DNA of 45,874 bases, from assembly GCF_001194135.2 (NCBI RefSeq), contig NC_068984.1:58598978-58644851 (forward strand), read 5' to 3'. Positions 1 to 11,596 of the stretch are shown piece after piece. The DNA is from Octopus bimaculoides (taxonomy: Eukaryota). The position numbers and the translations under genes are program-made. Positions within the stretch are counted from its first letter, which is position 1, and the number at the start of each line of letters is the position of its first letter. The notes under the pieces are model-generated. The model was not told where the DNA came from and made no database searches. It was given only the letters and a program-made list of their open reading frames with translations.

Positions 1-60
1 ATATACACATACATATATATATATATACACACACATGCACACATATATTTATGTATATGA
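1..60. repeat. Compound (AT)n/(CA)n microsatellite
   Basis: Direct reading: atatacacatacatatatat...cacacaca. Confidence 0.8.
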
Positions 61-75
61 ATTTGTGTGTAAGTA

Positions 76-330
76 TATGAGTATGTCCCAGACCGGATGT
101 TGTGTGTGTTTATTGAGCGAAAACACCTAAAGCTCCACGAGACTCTGGTAGGGGGTGGTGACGACCCCTGCTGTACTCTTTTGCCCCAACTTTCTCTCAC
201 TCTTTCTTCCTGTTTCTTGAGTAAAAACCTGCAATGGACTGGCATCCCGTCCAGCTAGCGGATAACACATATGCCATGGAAACCAGGAAACTGGCCCATG
301 CTCCACAAGGGGCTAAGAGGATTTCCAATA
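76..330 (+). mobile_element. SINE-like interspersed repeat fragment
   Basis: GC-richer segment with ATGGACTGGCATCCCGTCCAG, which resembles the central (V-domain-like) motif of tRNA-SINEs; ends in (TG)n. Confidence 0.4.
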
Positions 331-635
331 TGTACATGTGTGTGTGTGTCTGTGAATGTGTACATGTGTGTGCATGCATGCGTGCGAAGCAATCCTTACA
401 TTTTGTGTGCTCTAGCAAGACGCCATTTGAACAATATGGTGATGTCATGTTTACATTCCTTGTGAACATAACACCCTGTAACTTTGCATTTGTGAAGTTC
501 TTTACATGAGAAACAAATAAGGTTTAGCGATAAGAAAGCCATTTGGCTGTAAAAAAACTGCCTCAGTATATCTTTGCCCAACCTATACCAGCTTAGAAAA
601 GCGTACATCTAATAAATGAACAAAAGTTTACTTAC

Positions 636-707
636 ACCTTACGTAACTTTGGAAGTCCTTCAAAAACTCCAGCAAGTAATGTTTTAATGGAATTATTTTG
701 CAAATAT
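636..707 (-). CDS. PXDN: Peroxidasin-like gene, LRR exon 4 of those seen (YLQNNSIKTLLAGVFEGLPKLRKV)
   Basis: Minus strand ttttattttatttctttgcag|72 nt|gtaagt, phase 2/2, fits the LRR consensus xLxxNxIxxLxxxxFxxLxxL; resembles PXDN LRR4 ([24 protein letters not shown], from memory). Confidence 0.85.
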
Positions 708-931
708 CTGCAAAGAAATAAAATAAAAAGGAAATCATCAAATATTTTCTCAAAGAGTATGAGATAGAAATGGATTTTTTTGAAAGAGATTTGAAATGAA
801 ATTGATATTTTTTATTGGTCTGAAGAATAGTAGTCCTTTGTGAGTTCTTCTAGACTGGAAGATGCTCTTATCAAAGGCTTGCTCTGATTTCTAGCTACAA
901 AATAGGCTCCATTAAAGACATCTAATGGCCA

Positions 932-1090
932 TATGTGTCAATAAGGGAACCTCATATGGGTACAACCTGTTAGAAATAGCAACCAAATTTCCTGAAGTCA
1001 CATCTTACTGTCTCAAAAAGCAAGGGCATGTCAATAAGAGAGCCTCATATGGTCACATGGTCTGTTAGAAACAGCAACAAAATTTCCTAA
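932..1090. repeat. Degenerate tandem duplication of a ~95-100 bp repeat unit
   Basis: tgtcaataag(g/a)ga(a/g)cctcatatgg...ctgttagaaa(t/c)agcaac(c/a)aaatttcct occurs at about 936 and 1029. Confidence 0.6.
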
Positions 1091-2409
1091 AGATAAACCA
1101 CTTTTGTGGGTCCTGTCTGGAAGGCTGACTGAAAGCAAACCTTCAGTAACAGCTCAATAGTCTAATGTGTAATAGGACAGTTTACCATGGACAATACAAT
1201 TCCTCTGATGTAAGCAGTGGAAGCACAGTGTGCAATGCTGAAGTAATTTCCTCCAGCTGGAAAAAGCTGCGACAAAAAAGTCAACAAAGACAGAGATGTA
1301 GCAATGTGAGGAACAAGAGGTTCTGTCACCCCCAGGTGCAGATGTGAAAGGTCTTAAAATTTCCTCTAGCTTATGCTTGTTAACCAAGAAGAAAGTGCCA
1401 AAATTTTCTTTGAACCCATGTGCTGAGAACCCTTGCTACATCACTGAATAAAAGGGTTTCCACATGGTTGTTCAAACAGCTAGAAATAGTAACCAATTCT
1501 GCTGTACATCATACCCTATTATCTTAGAAAATTAAAGACAGATTGAAAAATACAGTGCTAGATACAAATGTCTGAAAAAAAACTGAGGATATTCACAGCT
1601 GGAATATGTTTGACCAATATTCTATTTGGTCAGAACTAATCTTGGACTAAACAAAAAAAAAAAGCAACCTCTAATAAATCATTGTCTTACCCAATAGTAG
1701 ATTTACCTATCATCCAAAAAACTCAATAGAAACTCTAACTAAACACCAGTTCTACAGTTCCTGTAATATAAGAAATGGTTTGCTTAGAACGGGTATGAGT
1801 AATATTTTTCCCAAAATTGGCCACATGAGACATGGACCATCATCAGACAAGCCACACTACTAAAAGATTCAAGGTAATTTTTCATTGGTGTGCCATTCAG
1901 AAAGTTCCATGGACCATGGCTTGCCCATTACTTGCTTAGAACCAAGACATATAGATATTTAATCAACTTTGAACTGTGACCCTGAGAATCATCCTCAATA
2001 TATGCAGGGTTTTTTAAAAATGCTTTAAGAGGCATCTTTAATGCTGTGAATTCACTGCTATATGTGTGTACTTAGAAACATGTGGCAGCAAAGTAAGATA
2101 TGAAAGTATTAAAAAGGTGAAAACTTAGTGTGAAATAATTGAGGATTCAGAAAATGTATCACATTTTCTGGCATACAAGTTGACATAGCATATGTACTAT
2201 AAACATTCAAACATCATCACTGTCTTTCCAAGTCCTGCTGCATTTCATATGGAGTTTTTGGTCCTCCAAACTTGTCTTGGTGAATAAGCTGACCTATGTT
2301 TTTTGACTGAAAATTTTGATCAGAAAAAATTCAACTTTTATGCTAGAAAATATGGTATAAAAGATATATATATATACATAAAATTGAAATGAAGTGTTAT
2401 ATAACTTAC

Positions 2410-2481
2410 AATTGTTCCAGATTTCTGAGTTCATTGAAAGCACCAGGTTGAATTGTCGTAATTCTGTTGTGATATAAATAC
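2410..2481 (-). CDS. PXDN: Peroxidasin-like gene, LRR exon 3 (YLYHNRITTIQPGAFNELRNLEQL)
   Basis: Minus strand ttttgcttttttctgaag|72 nt|gtaagt, phase 2/2; resembles PXDN LRR3 ([24 protein letters not shown], from memory). Confidence 0.9.
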
Positions 2482-2599
2482 CTTCAGAAAAAAGCAAAAG
2501 CAAAAATTTTTAAATCATTTATAAAGGACTGATTGTACTACAGTCTGGACTGCATTGTAATGGTTTCTGTACTCTGGTGATATTTGTACTATAATCTCA

Positions 2600-3025
2600 C
2601 TTTACAGCCATGTAGTTTGGGGTTCAGTTCAGTCCCACCACACAACACCTTGGGCAAGTGTCTTTTACTATAGCCCAAGGCCAATCAATGCTTTGTGGGT
2701 GAATTTGGTGGATGAAAACTGTGTGGAAGCCCATTGTGTATGTGTGTGTGTGCATATATATATATATGTCTGTGTGTGTGTGTGTTTGTGCTTATGTCTG
2801 TAAACACTCCCACCCACTGCTTGAAAACCAGTGTTGGTTTATTTACATTTATGTAACTCATGGTTCAGCAGAAGTGGTCAATAGAAAAAGTAACTGGCTT
2901 AAGAAACAAAAAAAAAAATAATAAAACATAAGTACTAGGGGCATTTTATTGAACTAAAACCCTTCAAGGAGGCTCCTCCACCAAAGGGTCATAGTCCATT
3001 AGTCCAATGAATGAAAGACATTAAA
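2600..3025 (+). mobile_element. tRNA-derived SINE, family A (central microsatellite)
   Basis: Shares gggttcagtccca..caccttgggcaagtgtc..tatagcc..(TG)n..aagtact..aaacccttcaag..tgaa 3' tail with at least 6 other copies in the window. Confidence 0.75.
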
Positions 3026-3032
3026 AATAAAG

Positions 3033-3068
<36 letters not shown>

Positions 3069-3240
3069 TAATGGGCACACATATATATATGTAGGTGTGT
3101 GTGTATGTGTGTGTGTATGTGTGTGTGAGTGTGTTTCATTATACACACATATAATATTTAAAAATTAATAAGAAACTTAGAAACAACAGACAATTGATAA
3201 CATTGTTTTTAGTTTTATGCTTGATAAGAATGCAATAGAA

Positions 3241-3420
3241 CATCATCATCATCATCATCATTTCTTAGTGTCTGTTCTCCATGCTGGCATGGGTTGGATG
3301 ATTTGATGGGGGCTGCCCAGCTAGGGAGATGTGTGGGCTCCATGTGTCTGTTTTGGTGTGGTTTCTATTGATGGATGCCCTTCCTAATGCCAACCACTTT
3401 ACAGAGTATAGTGTGTGCCT
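3241..3420 (-). mobile_element. SINE family C 3' part with (ATG)n tail
   Basis: (CAT)n followed by ccatgctggcatgggttgga...ggatgcccttcctaatgccaacc; same family as 25942-26305, 28245-28500 and 42455-42605. Confidence 0.7.
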
Positions 3421-4140
3421 TTATGTGGTACCAACCTGGATCTCAACAATGGTATTAAAACAGCAACTTTTGAGCTGCATTTTCATCTTGGAGAAGAGAC
3501 GGAAGTCCACAGGTGTTAAATCTGGTGAACAGGGTAGGTGTGGAAGTGATACTATGTTGTTTTTGGCTACAAACTCACAAATGAGGAGAGCTTGGTGACA
3601 GGATGAATTGTCGTCGTGATTCTTCATGCTCCACAGATCCGGTTGCTTTCACCGAATGTCTTCCCTCAAATACTTCAAAATGTCATTCATTGTCCTCCAA
3701 TGATCCCCATGCACAAGCTGATGAATTTCCTCCACATTTCTAGGAGTGATGCTCATGGCAGGTCTTCCAGATCGGTCATCGTCTTCCATTTTGAAGCCCT
3801 CCCCACCTGCCACTCAAAATATTGCATATGACCCATTGCCTCATCCTTGTAAGCTTGCTGAAGCATGCTCAATATCCCCTGTTGCAGATTTCCCATGTTT
3901 GACACAAAATTTCAAGTTGGGTCTTTGTTCCAACTTCCTGTCCATGACAAAAGTCATAGACTACAGTATACACATGAATACAAAAACACAAATTTCACAA
4001 CTTACAAAGTAAACACAACAATGTCACTCAGCACACTGCCTCATGAAGGTCACTGCTAAGTGTCACTGTGTATACAACTGTGTGCTGCCATCTGTTGACG
4101 TGCTACAGAACTGGTCCAGGAACCTTTTGATACCATCTTG
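3421..4140 (-). mobile_element. Internally deleted mariner (DD34D-type) element, one end truncated
   Basis: Remnant peptide NNIVSLPHLPCSPDLTPVDFRLFSKMKMQLK (YSPDLAPxD motif); TIR end gaaccttttgataccatcttg+TA at 4140; homologous to 8729-12056. Confidence 0.85.
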
Positions 4141-4199
4141 TAGTGTGTGGTGAAGAAACTGTTGTCTAAATTATGCAAAAAACACTGACATCTCATTTT

Positions 4200-5003
4200 A
4201 ACAGATATATTTACCAAAATTACATAAAAATATCTTGAAATACTAATGAGTGAGTTTATTCAGTAAAACCACCATTGGCTTCAACCACAGCTGCCAGATG
4301 ACTTCGGAATCTCCTGCATCTCTTCTGGACAGTCTCCTTGTTTAAGTTGGTGAATGCTGCCATAAACCTTGCCTTCATGGTGTTACAAGGAATTTTTGTT
4401 GGTCTCTCGCTCAACCGTGCCCCACAGTTGACTCAAAGGGTCGCAATCTGGAGAGTTAGGGGGCTAGATTTTAGGGGTGATGTGGTCACAGAAATTGTCT
4501 GACAGCCATGACTGGGTTCTCCTGCTTGTGTGGCATGGTGCAGAGTTCTGTTGCCAGACATAGGGTTTTCCAGCAGCCACCCTCTTGACCAAGGATAGCA
4601 CTACCTCCTCCTTGATGTAGGCCTCCATGTTGAGTCTGAGGCTGTGTGAGAAGATGAATGGAGGTATAACATCGCCATCACTAGTGATCACTCCAAACAC
4701 CATGATGTTGACTGGCTGTTTGATTTTTATCACTCTCAGTACATGTCCTCAGATTTTCACTGCCCTCAGATTGACACCCAAACACTCTGGAATGTTCATA
4801 TTGGAGCTTCCAGTGTGAATGTCAAGCAGTACATGTTGTTTCCAAATTTCTGGCAGAGAGAATTGCATCATGGTGCTGTTTTTCTCACAGACAGTACTGA
4901 ACTGACTCTACTATACTGTGTAGTTGACAAAATCAAAAACAAACAATGCATATGCATGAAATAAAAAATATAAAATGGTGACAATTTATCCATTGCACCC
5001 TTT
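4200..5003 (-). mobile_element. Tc1/mariner maT (DD37D-like) transposase relic
   Basis: ORF 4464-4733 IMVFGVITSDGDVIPPFIF..YVWQQNSAPCHTSRRTQSWL, continuing via a frameshift to a PNSPDC motif; TIR-like end ggtgacaatttatccattgcaccct at about 5003. Confidence 0.85.
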
Positions 5004-5465
5004 ATATATATACACACACACACACCATATATACACACACACACCATATACACACACACACACCATATATACACACACACACCATATACACACATGTCAC
5101 TAACAAGCTAAATTACTTAAATATGGATATTAAAAGAAAATATTTATATAATTTCTATTTATAGTCATATTATACCTATTATTAATTATTTATGTTTGTG
5201 TTTAATATAGCCATGGAATACTGACAAGAGTGTCATAATTTCAGACTTCACTACCCTTGTGTTGTGCAGCTGACGAAAACCCTTGACAGTGTTTCATCCA
5301 ATCAGTCTGATAGAGCAAAATGCATTCACCCTCAACTACTATATAAATATATCATCCATCTGATCCCATGCAAGTATGGATAAGTGAATATTAGATGGTG
5401 ATGATAGTGATGAAGATGATGATAACGACGATGATGATATGCGTAAAAACAAATATTAATATTAG

Positions 5466-5621
5466 GCATAGGAGTGGATATGTGGTAAAAAGCTTGCCTC
5501 CCAGCCACATGGTTCTGGGCTCAGTCCCATTGTGTGCCACTTTGGGCAAGTGTCTTCTACTATAGCCTTGGGCTGACCAAGGCCTTGCAAGTACATTTGG
5601 TAGATGGAAACTGATAGAGGC

Positions 5622-5689
<68 letters not shown>

Positions 5690-5710
5690 TGCGTGCGTGC
5701 GTGTGTGTGT
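5466..5710 (+). mobile_element. SINE family A 5' half ending in (TG)n/(GC)n tract
   Basis: tRNA-like head tgtggtaaaaagcttgcctcccagccacatggttctgggctcagtccca, then a long (TG)n. Confidence 0.75.
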
Positions 5711-6077
5711 TTTGCCAAGGGTAGCTCAACAAAGACCGCAAAGATCTGAAATCCAAAGGCAAGGATCTAAGAGTTAATAAATCTCTGCCATTTCAATCTG
5801 CCAAATTTAACTTGCTACTTGAAGCTATGGTAGAAGTCTGAGATCCCTGCCTTGCTGTGGGATCAAACTCAGAACTATGCAGTTATGAAGTGAACTTCTT
5901 AACCACACCCTCTTGCATTTAATAATTAGTGACACAGAATTAAGAAGAAAATAATGTTAAGAAAATAATGAGACAATCTGACACATTACATTTTCCAATG
6001 ATTCGTCACTTCTTCTTTGTATCAGATATTAAAACTGATCAATAAGTGCAAAGCAAGAAATAAGAAAACCTCTTTAA

Positions 6078-6719
6078 CTCTTTAGCATTCAGTAAGTGTT
6101 ACTTCCTACTTGCTTCTATCTAGAAATCAAAGGAAATGACTACTATTTCTTTCAAACTTTGCTTTTATAACCTGGACATCAATGTTTCCAAACTGACCTA
6201 TTTTCTATTACAAATTCAGCCCTGAGCTGCTGAAACAGAAATATCATTATAGTAAATATTTTACTCAATACCACAGATTTGCTTGTCAGTTGCTTGACCT
6301 TCACCACTTGAGCATGTCCCTTAGTGGCTGACAATACGTGCATCTCCGATCATGAGCAAGAGTAGTGGGGGAACATCATTGCCATGTATTGAGAGGGATT
6401 CTTTGAGGTTTGAATAAATGTAAGAAAAGCAATATTTGAAGGAAATATTAGCTATTTTTCATACCTTCCAGGGGTAACAAAATAGGAAATAACAATTACT
6501 ACCCAAGGACAAAAGTCATGTTACACAGTGTAATACTTATTAATTTACATCATTTCAAGTTAATCATGTATTACCTTGTATATTTGATATTTTGACGATG
6601 TGACGATTTATTTTTAGAATGACATTGTAGGGTAGGTGTAAGAGGATGGATTCGGCTAATTTGAACATAAAACAGATAAAAATTTGGTGTCTGATATGGC
6701 CACTTTAAATGCTAAAGGA
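6078..6719. mobile_element. piggyBac-type non-autonomous element/composite with TTAA flanks, containing a ~440-bp repeat (6091-6531) also found at 20179-20624 and partly at 33800-33896
   Basis: TTAA+CTCTTTAGCATT ... AATGCTAAAGGA+TTAA; the inner repeat ends GTTACACAGTG+TA in all three copies. Confidence 0.65.
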
Positions 6720-6761
6720 TTAATGTACAAAATAACTACAGAAGAAATTGGTTTTACTTAC

Positions 6762-6833
6762 AATTCTCGAAGAGAAGGTAATCCGACAAAAGCATTTCTG
6801 GTGAGGACATCAATTTCATTATGATTCAATAAC
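6762..6833 (-). CDS. PXDN: Peroxidasin-like gene, LRR exon 2 (LLNHNEIDVLTRNAFVGLPSLREL)
   Basis: Minus strand ccatttctttgtccag|72 nt|gtaagt, phase 2/2; resembles PXDN LRR2 ([24 protein letters not shown], from memory). Confidence 0.9.
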
Positions 6834-6974
6834 CTGGACAAAGAAATGGTAAATTTGTTAGCTCTAACAGAGAATGATAAAAGTCTGTGTGACTGTTAGC
6901 TGTTTTTGTTCAAATGAAAATTTAGATGATTGGTTTCATATATTTCCCAGTTTAATGCCAACAACTGATCTTTA

Positions 6975-7312
6975 GGTGCCTGCAGTAGACAGTAGAATCC
7001 TCCCAAGGGCTACTAGTATAGTCATGAGGACAACCAAAGCTTTGTGAGTAGATTTGGTAGATGGCAACTGAAACAAGCTTGCCATATGTGTGTGTGCGTG
7101 TGTGCGCGTGTGCGTGCATATGTGTGTGTGTCCCACCACTGCTTGATCACTGGAGTTGGTTTGTTTATGTCCTCATAACTTAGTGGTTTGGAAAAAGAGC
7201 CTGTTAGAGCCAAGCTTTAGAAAATAAGCACTGAACTCTTCAAGGTGGTGCCCCAGCATGATCACAGTCCAATAACTGAAACAAACCAAAGAAAAAATAA
7301 AAAATAAAAGAT
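6975..7312 (+). mobile_element. SINE family A variant
   Basis: accaaagctttgtgagtagatttggtagatgg..(TG)n..cttcaaggtggtgccccagcatg..aactgaaacaa tail. Confidence 0.65.
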
Positions 7313-7505
7313 ATCCTGCGTTTTGTGAGAAATGGTGTTGTTGGTTTCAGGTTTCTGAATGGCCAGTCACTGACTCATTGCATTTATATGATGAAGAGAG
7401 TGGCAAGGGCGTGATTGCAACTTGAGCAGAATAATTCATTTTGTTTAATGCACCAGTTAATTAACAACTTTCTTATTGAAAAGTATACCTTTCACATCAC
7501 AAACA

Positions 7506-7558
<53 letters not shown>

Positions 7559-7633
7559 GCACGCACATTCACATACATATATCAATGTATGGGTGATAAT
7601 TTATAGCTACATTTACATTTGAGAAACTTTGTA

Positions 7634-7790
7634 AGGCATGGCTGTGTTTTAAAAAGTTTGCTTCCCAAACACATGGTTCCAGGTTCAGTCCAACTGTATG
7701 GCACCTTGGGTAAGTGCCTTCTACTATAACCTTGGATCAACCAAAGCCTTGTGAGTGAATTTGGGAGACAGAAACTGAAAGAAGCCTGTC

Positions 7791-7867
<77 letters not shown>

Positions 7868-8115
7868 CACACATATATATATATATATTATGTGTGTGTG
7901 TGTGTTTATCCTCCACCACCACTACTTAACAACCAATGTAGTGTATCTATGTCTCTGTAACATAGTGGTTCAGCAAAGGTGATCGATAGAATAAGTACTA
8001 GGCATTAAAAAAATATATCCTGGGGTTCATTTGTTTGACTAAAACCTTTCAAGGTCGTGCCCCAGCATGGCCACAATTAAATAACTGAAACAAGCAAAAG
8101 ATATAAGATAAAAGA
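7634..8115 (+). mobile_element. SINE family A, near full length, central (AT/CA)n
   Basis: Head ggcatggctgtg..aagtttgcttccc..ggttcagtcca; tail aactgaaacaagcaaaagatataagataaaaga. Confidence 0.8.
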
Positions 8116-8597
8116 CACATAAGCACCCCTCCCCTCACATGCATGCCATATATAACACATACCATAGGTTTCTGTAAAATTTCTATTTATCAAATATACA
8201 AAAGCATTGGTCAACTCAAAGCGCTGATAGAAGATATTCTCATCATTTTAGGGTTATCTAGAAAGAACTAATGTCCTATGTATTCTTTATTTAATATGTG
8301 ATTTGAGGGAGATTTGGCTGCTATTTCTAGCAGATTCAGTAACTGAACAGAGCAAAAGGAGGAAATGTTTTTTAGAACTAGAGGTGAATTGCAAGAGTTT
8401 AAAAACCTGCGATACATCTGTACTGAGAAAACTAATGAATCTTCCATTTTACAGATTCACAGGTACCTCTCTATACACACACACACTCACATACACATAT
8501 ATACATAGACTCATACATACACACAGACATACACTTGCAAATAAATTAGTTGGCTGGTATGGTTGCTATGTTGCATTTGCAAATATTTCCATACCAT

Positions 8598-8668
8598 CCA
8601 TCTCTGATGAGCGTGGTTATTAGATAATCACCTGATTTCCTGATGTGTGAAACCAATTGGTCAGCTCA
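8598..8668 (+). ncRNA. Minimal type I hammerhead ribozyme motif (Penelope-like element type), probably decayed
   Basis: atct-CTGATGA(8604-8610)-gcg..tgt-GAAA(8649-8652)-palindromic ACCAATTGGT-GUC triplet (8660-8662)-agct; stem I 3/4 bp; stem II mostly G.U pairs. Confidence 0.6.
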
Positions 8669-8728
8669 GCTGTAGTGGATCTATAATACAGTACACTATT
8701 ATTAATGTACCCATTCTACTGATAAATC

Positions 8729-9168
8729 CGAGGTGGTATCAAAAAGTTTCTGAACTAGTTATGTTTAATTTATTTACTTTAGTTTTAACATCATCTCTTC
8801 CAAAATAGCCACCTTGCACAGCAATTCACTGGTCCCAGCATTCCTGCGACTTAGAATCTTGCCTGAAAGTCGTTTCCATGAGTGGAGGACCTTCTGCGCT
8901 TTGCTCTTGATCTCAACAATGGAATTAAAATGGTGACTTTTGAGCTGCATTTTCATTTTGGGAAAGAGATGAAAGTTTGCAGGTGCTAAATCTGGTGAAT
9001 AGGGCAGGTGCAGAAGTGATACCATGTTGTTTTTGGTAAGAAACACATGAGTGAGGAGAGCTCAGTGACAGGGTGCGTTGCCGTGAAGAATCCAATTCTT
9101 CACACTCCACAGATCCAGTTGCTTTCACTCAATGTCCTCCTTTAAACACTTCAAAACATCATTGATTA
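8729..9168 (-). mobile_element. Mariner element, C-terminal half (interrupted by 9169-11596)
   Basis: TIR cgaggtggtatcaaaaagtttc; ORF 8774-9046 LHLPYSPDLAPANFHLFPKMKMQLK. Confidence 0.85.
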
Positions 9169-11596
9169 CATGGGTCAAAAAAAAAAATTTTGAAATGGTC
9201 TGGAGACACCAAACATCTTTTTTTAGCTAATTTGAAGGCACTGAATCTGAAAATGACCTTACTTTTTCTTGGTTAGCTACTGTTTTTGCTGCACAGAAAT
9301 GCCTCATTTTTGGGAAAAAAAGCATTTTTCATTTGTTTTCTGCATATTTAATATTGATCGATGGTAATATTTCTCAAAGTAAAATCGTAGAAACCGCTCA
9401 ATTCATATTTAAACCAACAAACATTGGTTTGCTTATTGGGGAATACTATTTTTGCAATAACATCAGATCCTAAGTCTTTGAAGATAACATGATTGAATAT
9501 ACCAAGACCAACAAATATTTTCATCAAATCATTAAATAAACTAACAGCTGAAATATAACCTTTGTGAACATAAAAACTATGGTAAAAAATTTCTCTTTCT
9601 TGATTGTTTATCATGTTCAATGTTATTTAAGTCCCTTTTGGTACTCCAGCAGTAGTCAGCCATCTGACTACTGTCATTTGTCCCACCGTCCCTGGTAGCA
9701 CTCTTCCATTGTTTTGATATCCTGATGGAATCATTCTCGTTACTCATCACTCACATCGCCGCAATTATCTGGAAATCTATCTAGATGGCTATGTAAAAAA
9801 ATGAACCTTAATACTCATATTAGTGCATATGTCCTGTAGACTTTTCAACAGCTTTTCCACTAACTCCTTGTAATTCTCGGCCCGGCAATTGCCTAAGAAG
9901 TTTTTCACCACGTCAAAAAACGATGTCCAAGCTCGTAATTCCAAGTCATTCGTTGAATTAACAAATTCATCATCCTTAATGAGTTTCCTGATATCAGGAC
10001 CATCAAACAATCCTGCTTTGAGTTTTTGACTTTGAACTATCAATGAACAATCTCCATTCATCAGGATCGTATTTGTAGATGTCTAGTCAAAGAAGAATGC
10101 TTTCAACGTCATTGCAATGAACAAGATCCATGTTCTCATTAAGGAATGGTACAAATTTGGCATCCCTATTTTGATAGAATGTTACCTTTGTACTTTTACA
10201 AACAGGTGTTTTTCATTGAGCCTAGAGGCCAAAAGTTCTGATTCTTTGCTTAGATTTAAGTCAAGAACCGAATCATTCAGATCATTTTGGTTAAACGGCT
10301 CTGGCACGGTTTCAGGAACATAGTCAGGATCATTTTCGCTGTGTCTCTCATTTACATCAGTATCAGATGCGTCACTTTCAACAAGTTTCAACAAATTTTC
10401 ATGAAAAACTGGGATTGGCAAATCATATGAATGTGGCACTGGTCGAATAGCAGAATGAAGACTAGGATAGTTGATAGATCTGTGTTTCTTTTGATTCAGT
10501 CCTGCAACACTAACTGAGCAGAAATAACATTCATCTGAGTGGCTCTTTGGCTCATGCCAGATCATAGGAATAGCGAATCTCAGTGATTTTCAAGTACTTG
10601 AAGTCCACTGTCTCATGTGTTCCAAACATGTCTTGCAAACAATGTGAGGGGCCTATGATTTGTCCTGATCACCAAGCTCGACGTGAAAGTAAGCACAATA
10701 GGCTTCCTTGTAAAAGTTAGATATCGGTTTCCTGTTGGTTTTCAGTGTGAACTCACCGCGTGTATAGTAAAATAAGTTGGGATCATTTTTGCATCCCCTT
10801 GTTGAAACCATGTTATTTGATATCTATCTCTATGATTGAAAAAGAACATGAGTTGGTTGAGTATTTATATTACACTTTCTGTGTTCACATTTAGGTAATT
10901 TGATCTTTCCTAATGTCCTACAGAAAGACTTGTAAAACTGTCAATAACAAAAGACGGAAAGAGTCGTTACGCTGATTCTACTTCGTATCTTCGTAATCCC
11001 ATAACATCTGCCTTGGAGGGCAGATGTTATGGTGAAACCATTTTCATGATGTTCATCATGTACAATGGAATAGGTGCATTCAATTGGGATGTTTTTTTTC
11101 CAGCTGTGAAAACAAAAGCTCTTAATGTGCTTGGTTTCCTTCCGTATCGAAGGGATAAAAGTGATGGGATAAATTTATGAATATCAAACAGAAGATTTTA
11201 GTGTTCCATTTTTTGATATCACCTTAATTATCAGGTTTACGAAAGTGTATTACTGATAAAGTTCATCAGTTAATTTGAATTTTGGCAATAAACTGGAAAA
11301 ATTTGGTACTTCTATTTTAAAAGTTTTGACTTAGAAACACACTTTTCCTTATAAAAATAGTTTATTTCAGGTGGCTGACATAAATTGCTCGGCCTACCTG
11401 AAAATTCATGGGTTTCTACTAAATTTTGCAATCAGCCAAGATTGTAAATTGATCTTTTTTCCAAAAATGAGCAATTTCAGTACAGCAAAAACGGTAGCTA
11501 ACCATGAAAAACTAAGGTCATTTTCAGAATCAGCACCATCATATTAACTAAAAAATACGTTTTGTTTCTTGGCACCAAAAATCGTGTTGACCAGTG
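9169..11596 (-). mobile_element. TA-duplicating DNA transposon with internally deleted transposase pseudogene (about 9630-10811); family assignment uncertain
   Basis: Ends TA+CATGGGTCAA / TTGACCAGTG+(T)TA; subterminal inverted repeats at about 9241-9291 and 11485-11535; peptides MVSTRGCKNDPN..GDQDKS*APHIVCKTC..MIWHEPKSHSDECYFC, KAGLFDGPDIRKL..FLGNCRAENY, RYQGRW..MADYCW. Confidence 0.8.

Noticed and set aside
1691-1760. Minus-strand AG..GTAAGA pseudo-exon of 70 nt
   Set aside because: Stops in all three frames.
1800-1860. Minus-strand CTGATGA-TGG..CCA near 1841-1850
   Set aside because: GAAA does not follow stem II and there is no stem III; not a hammerhead.
2294-2503. 69-aa minus-strand ORF
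   Set aside because: Out-of-frame read-through of the real LRR exon 2410-2481.
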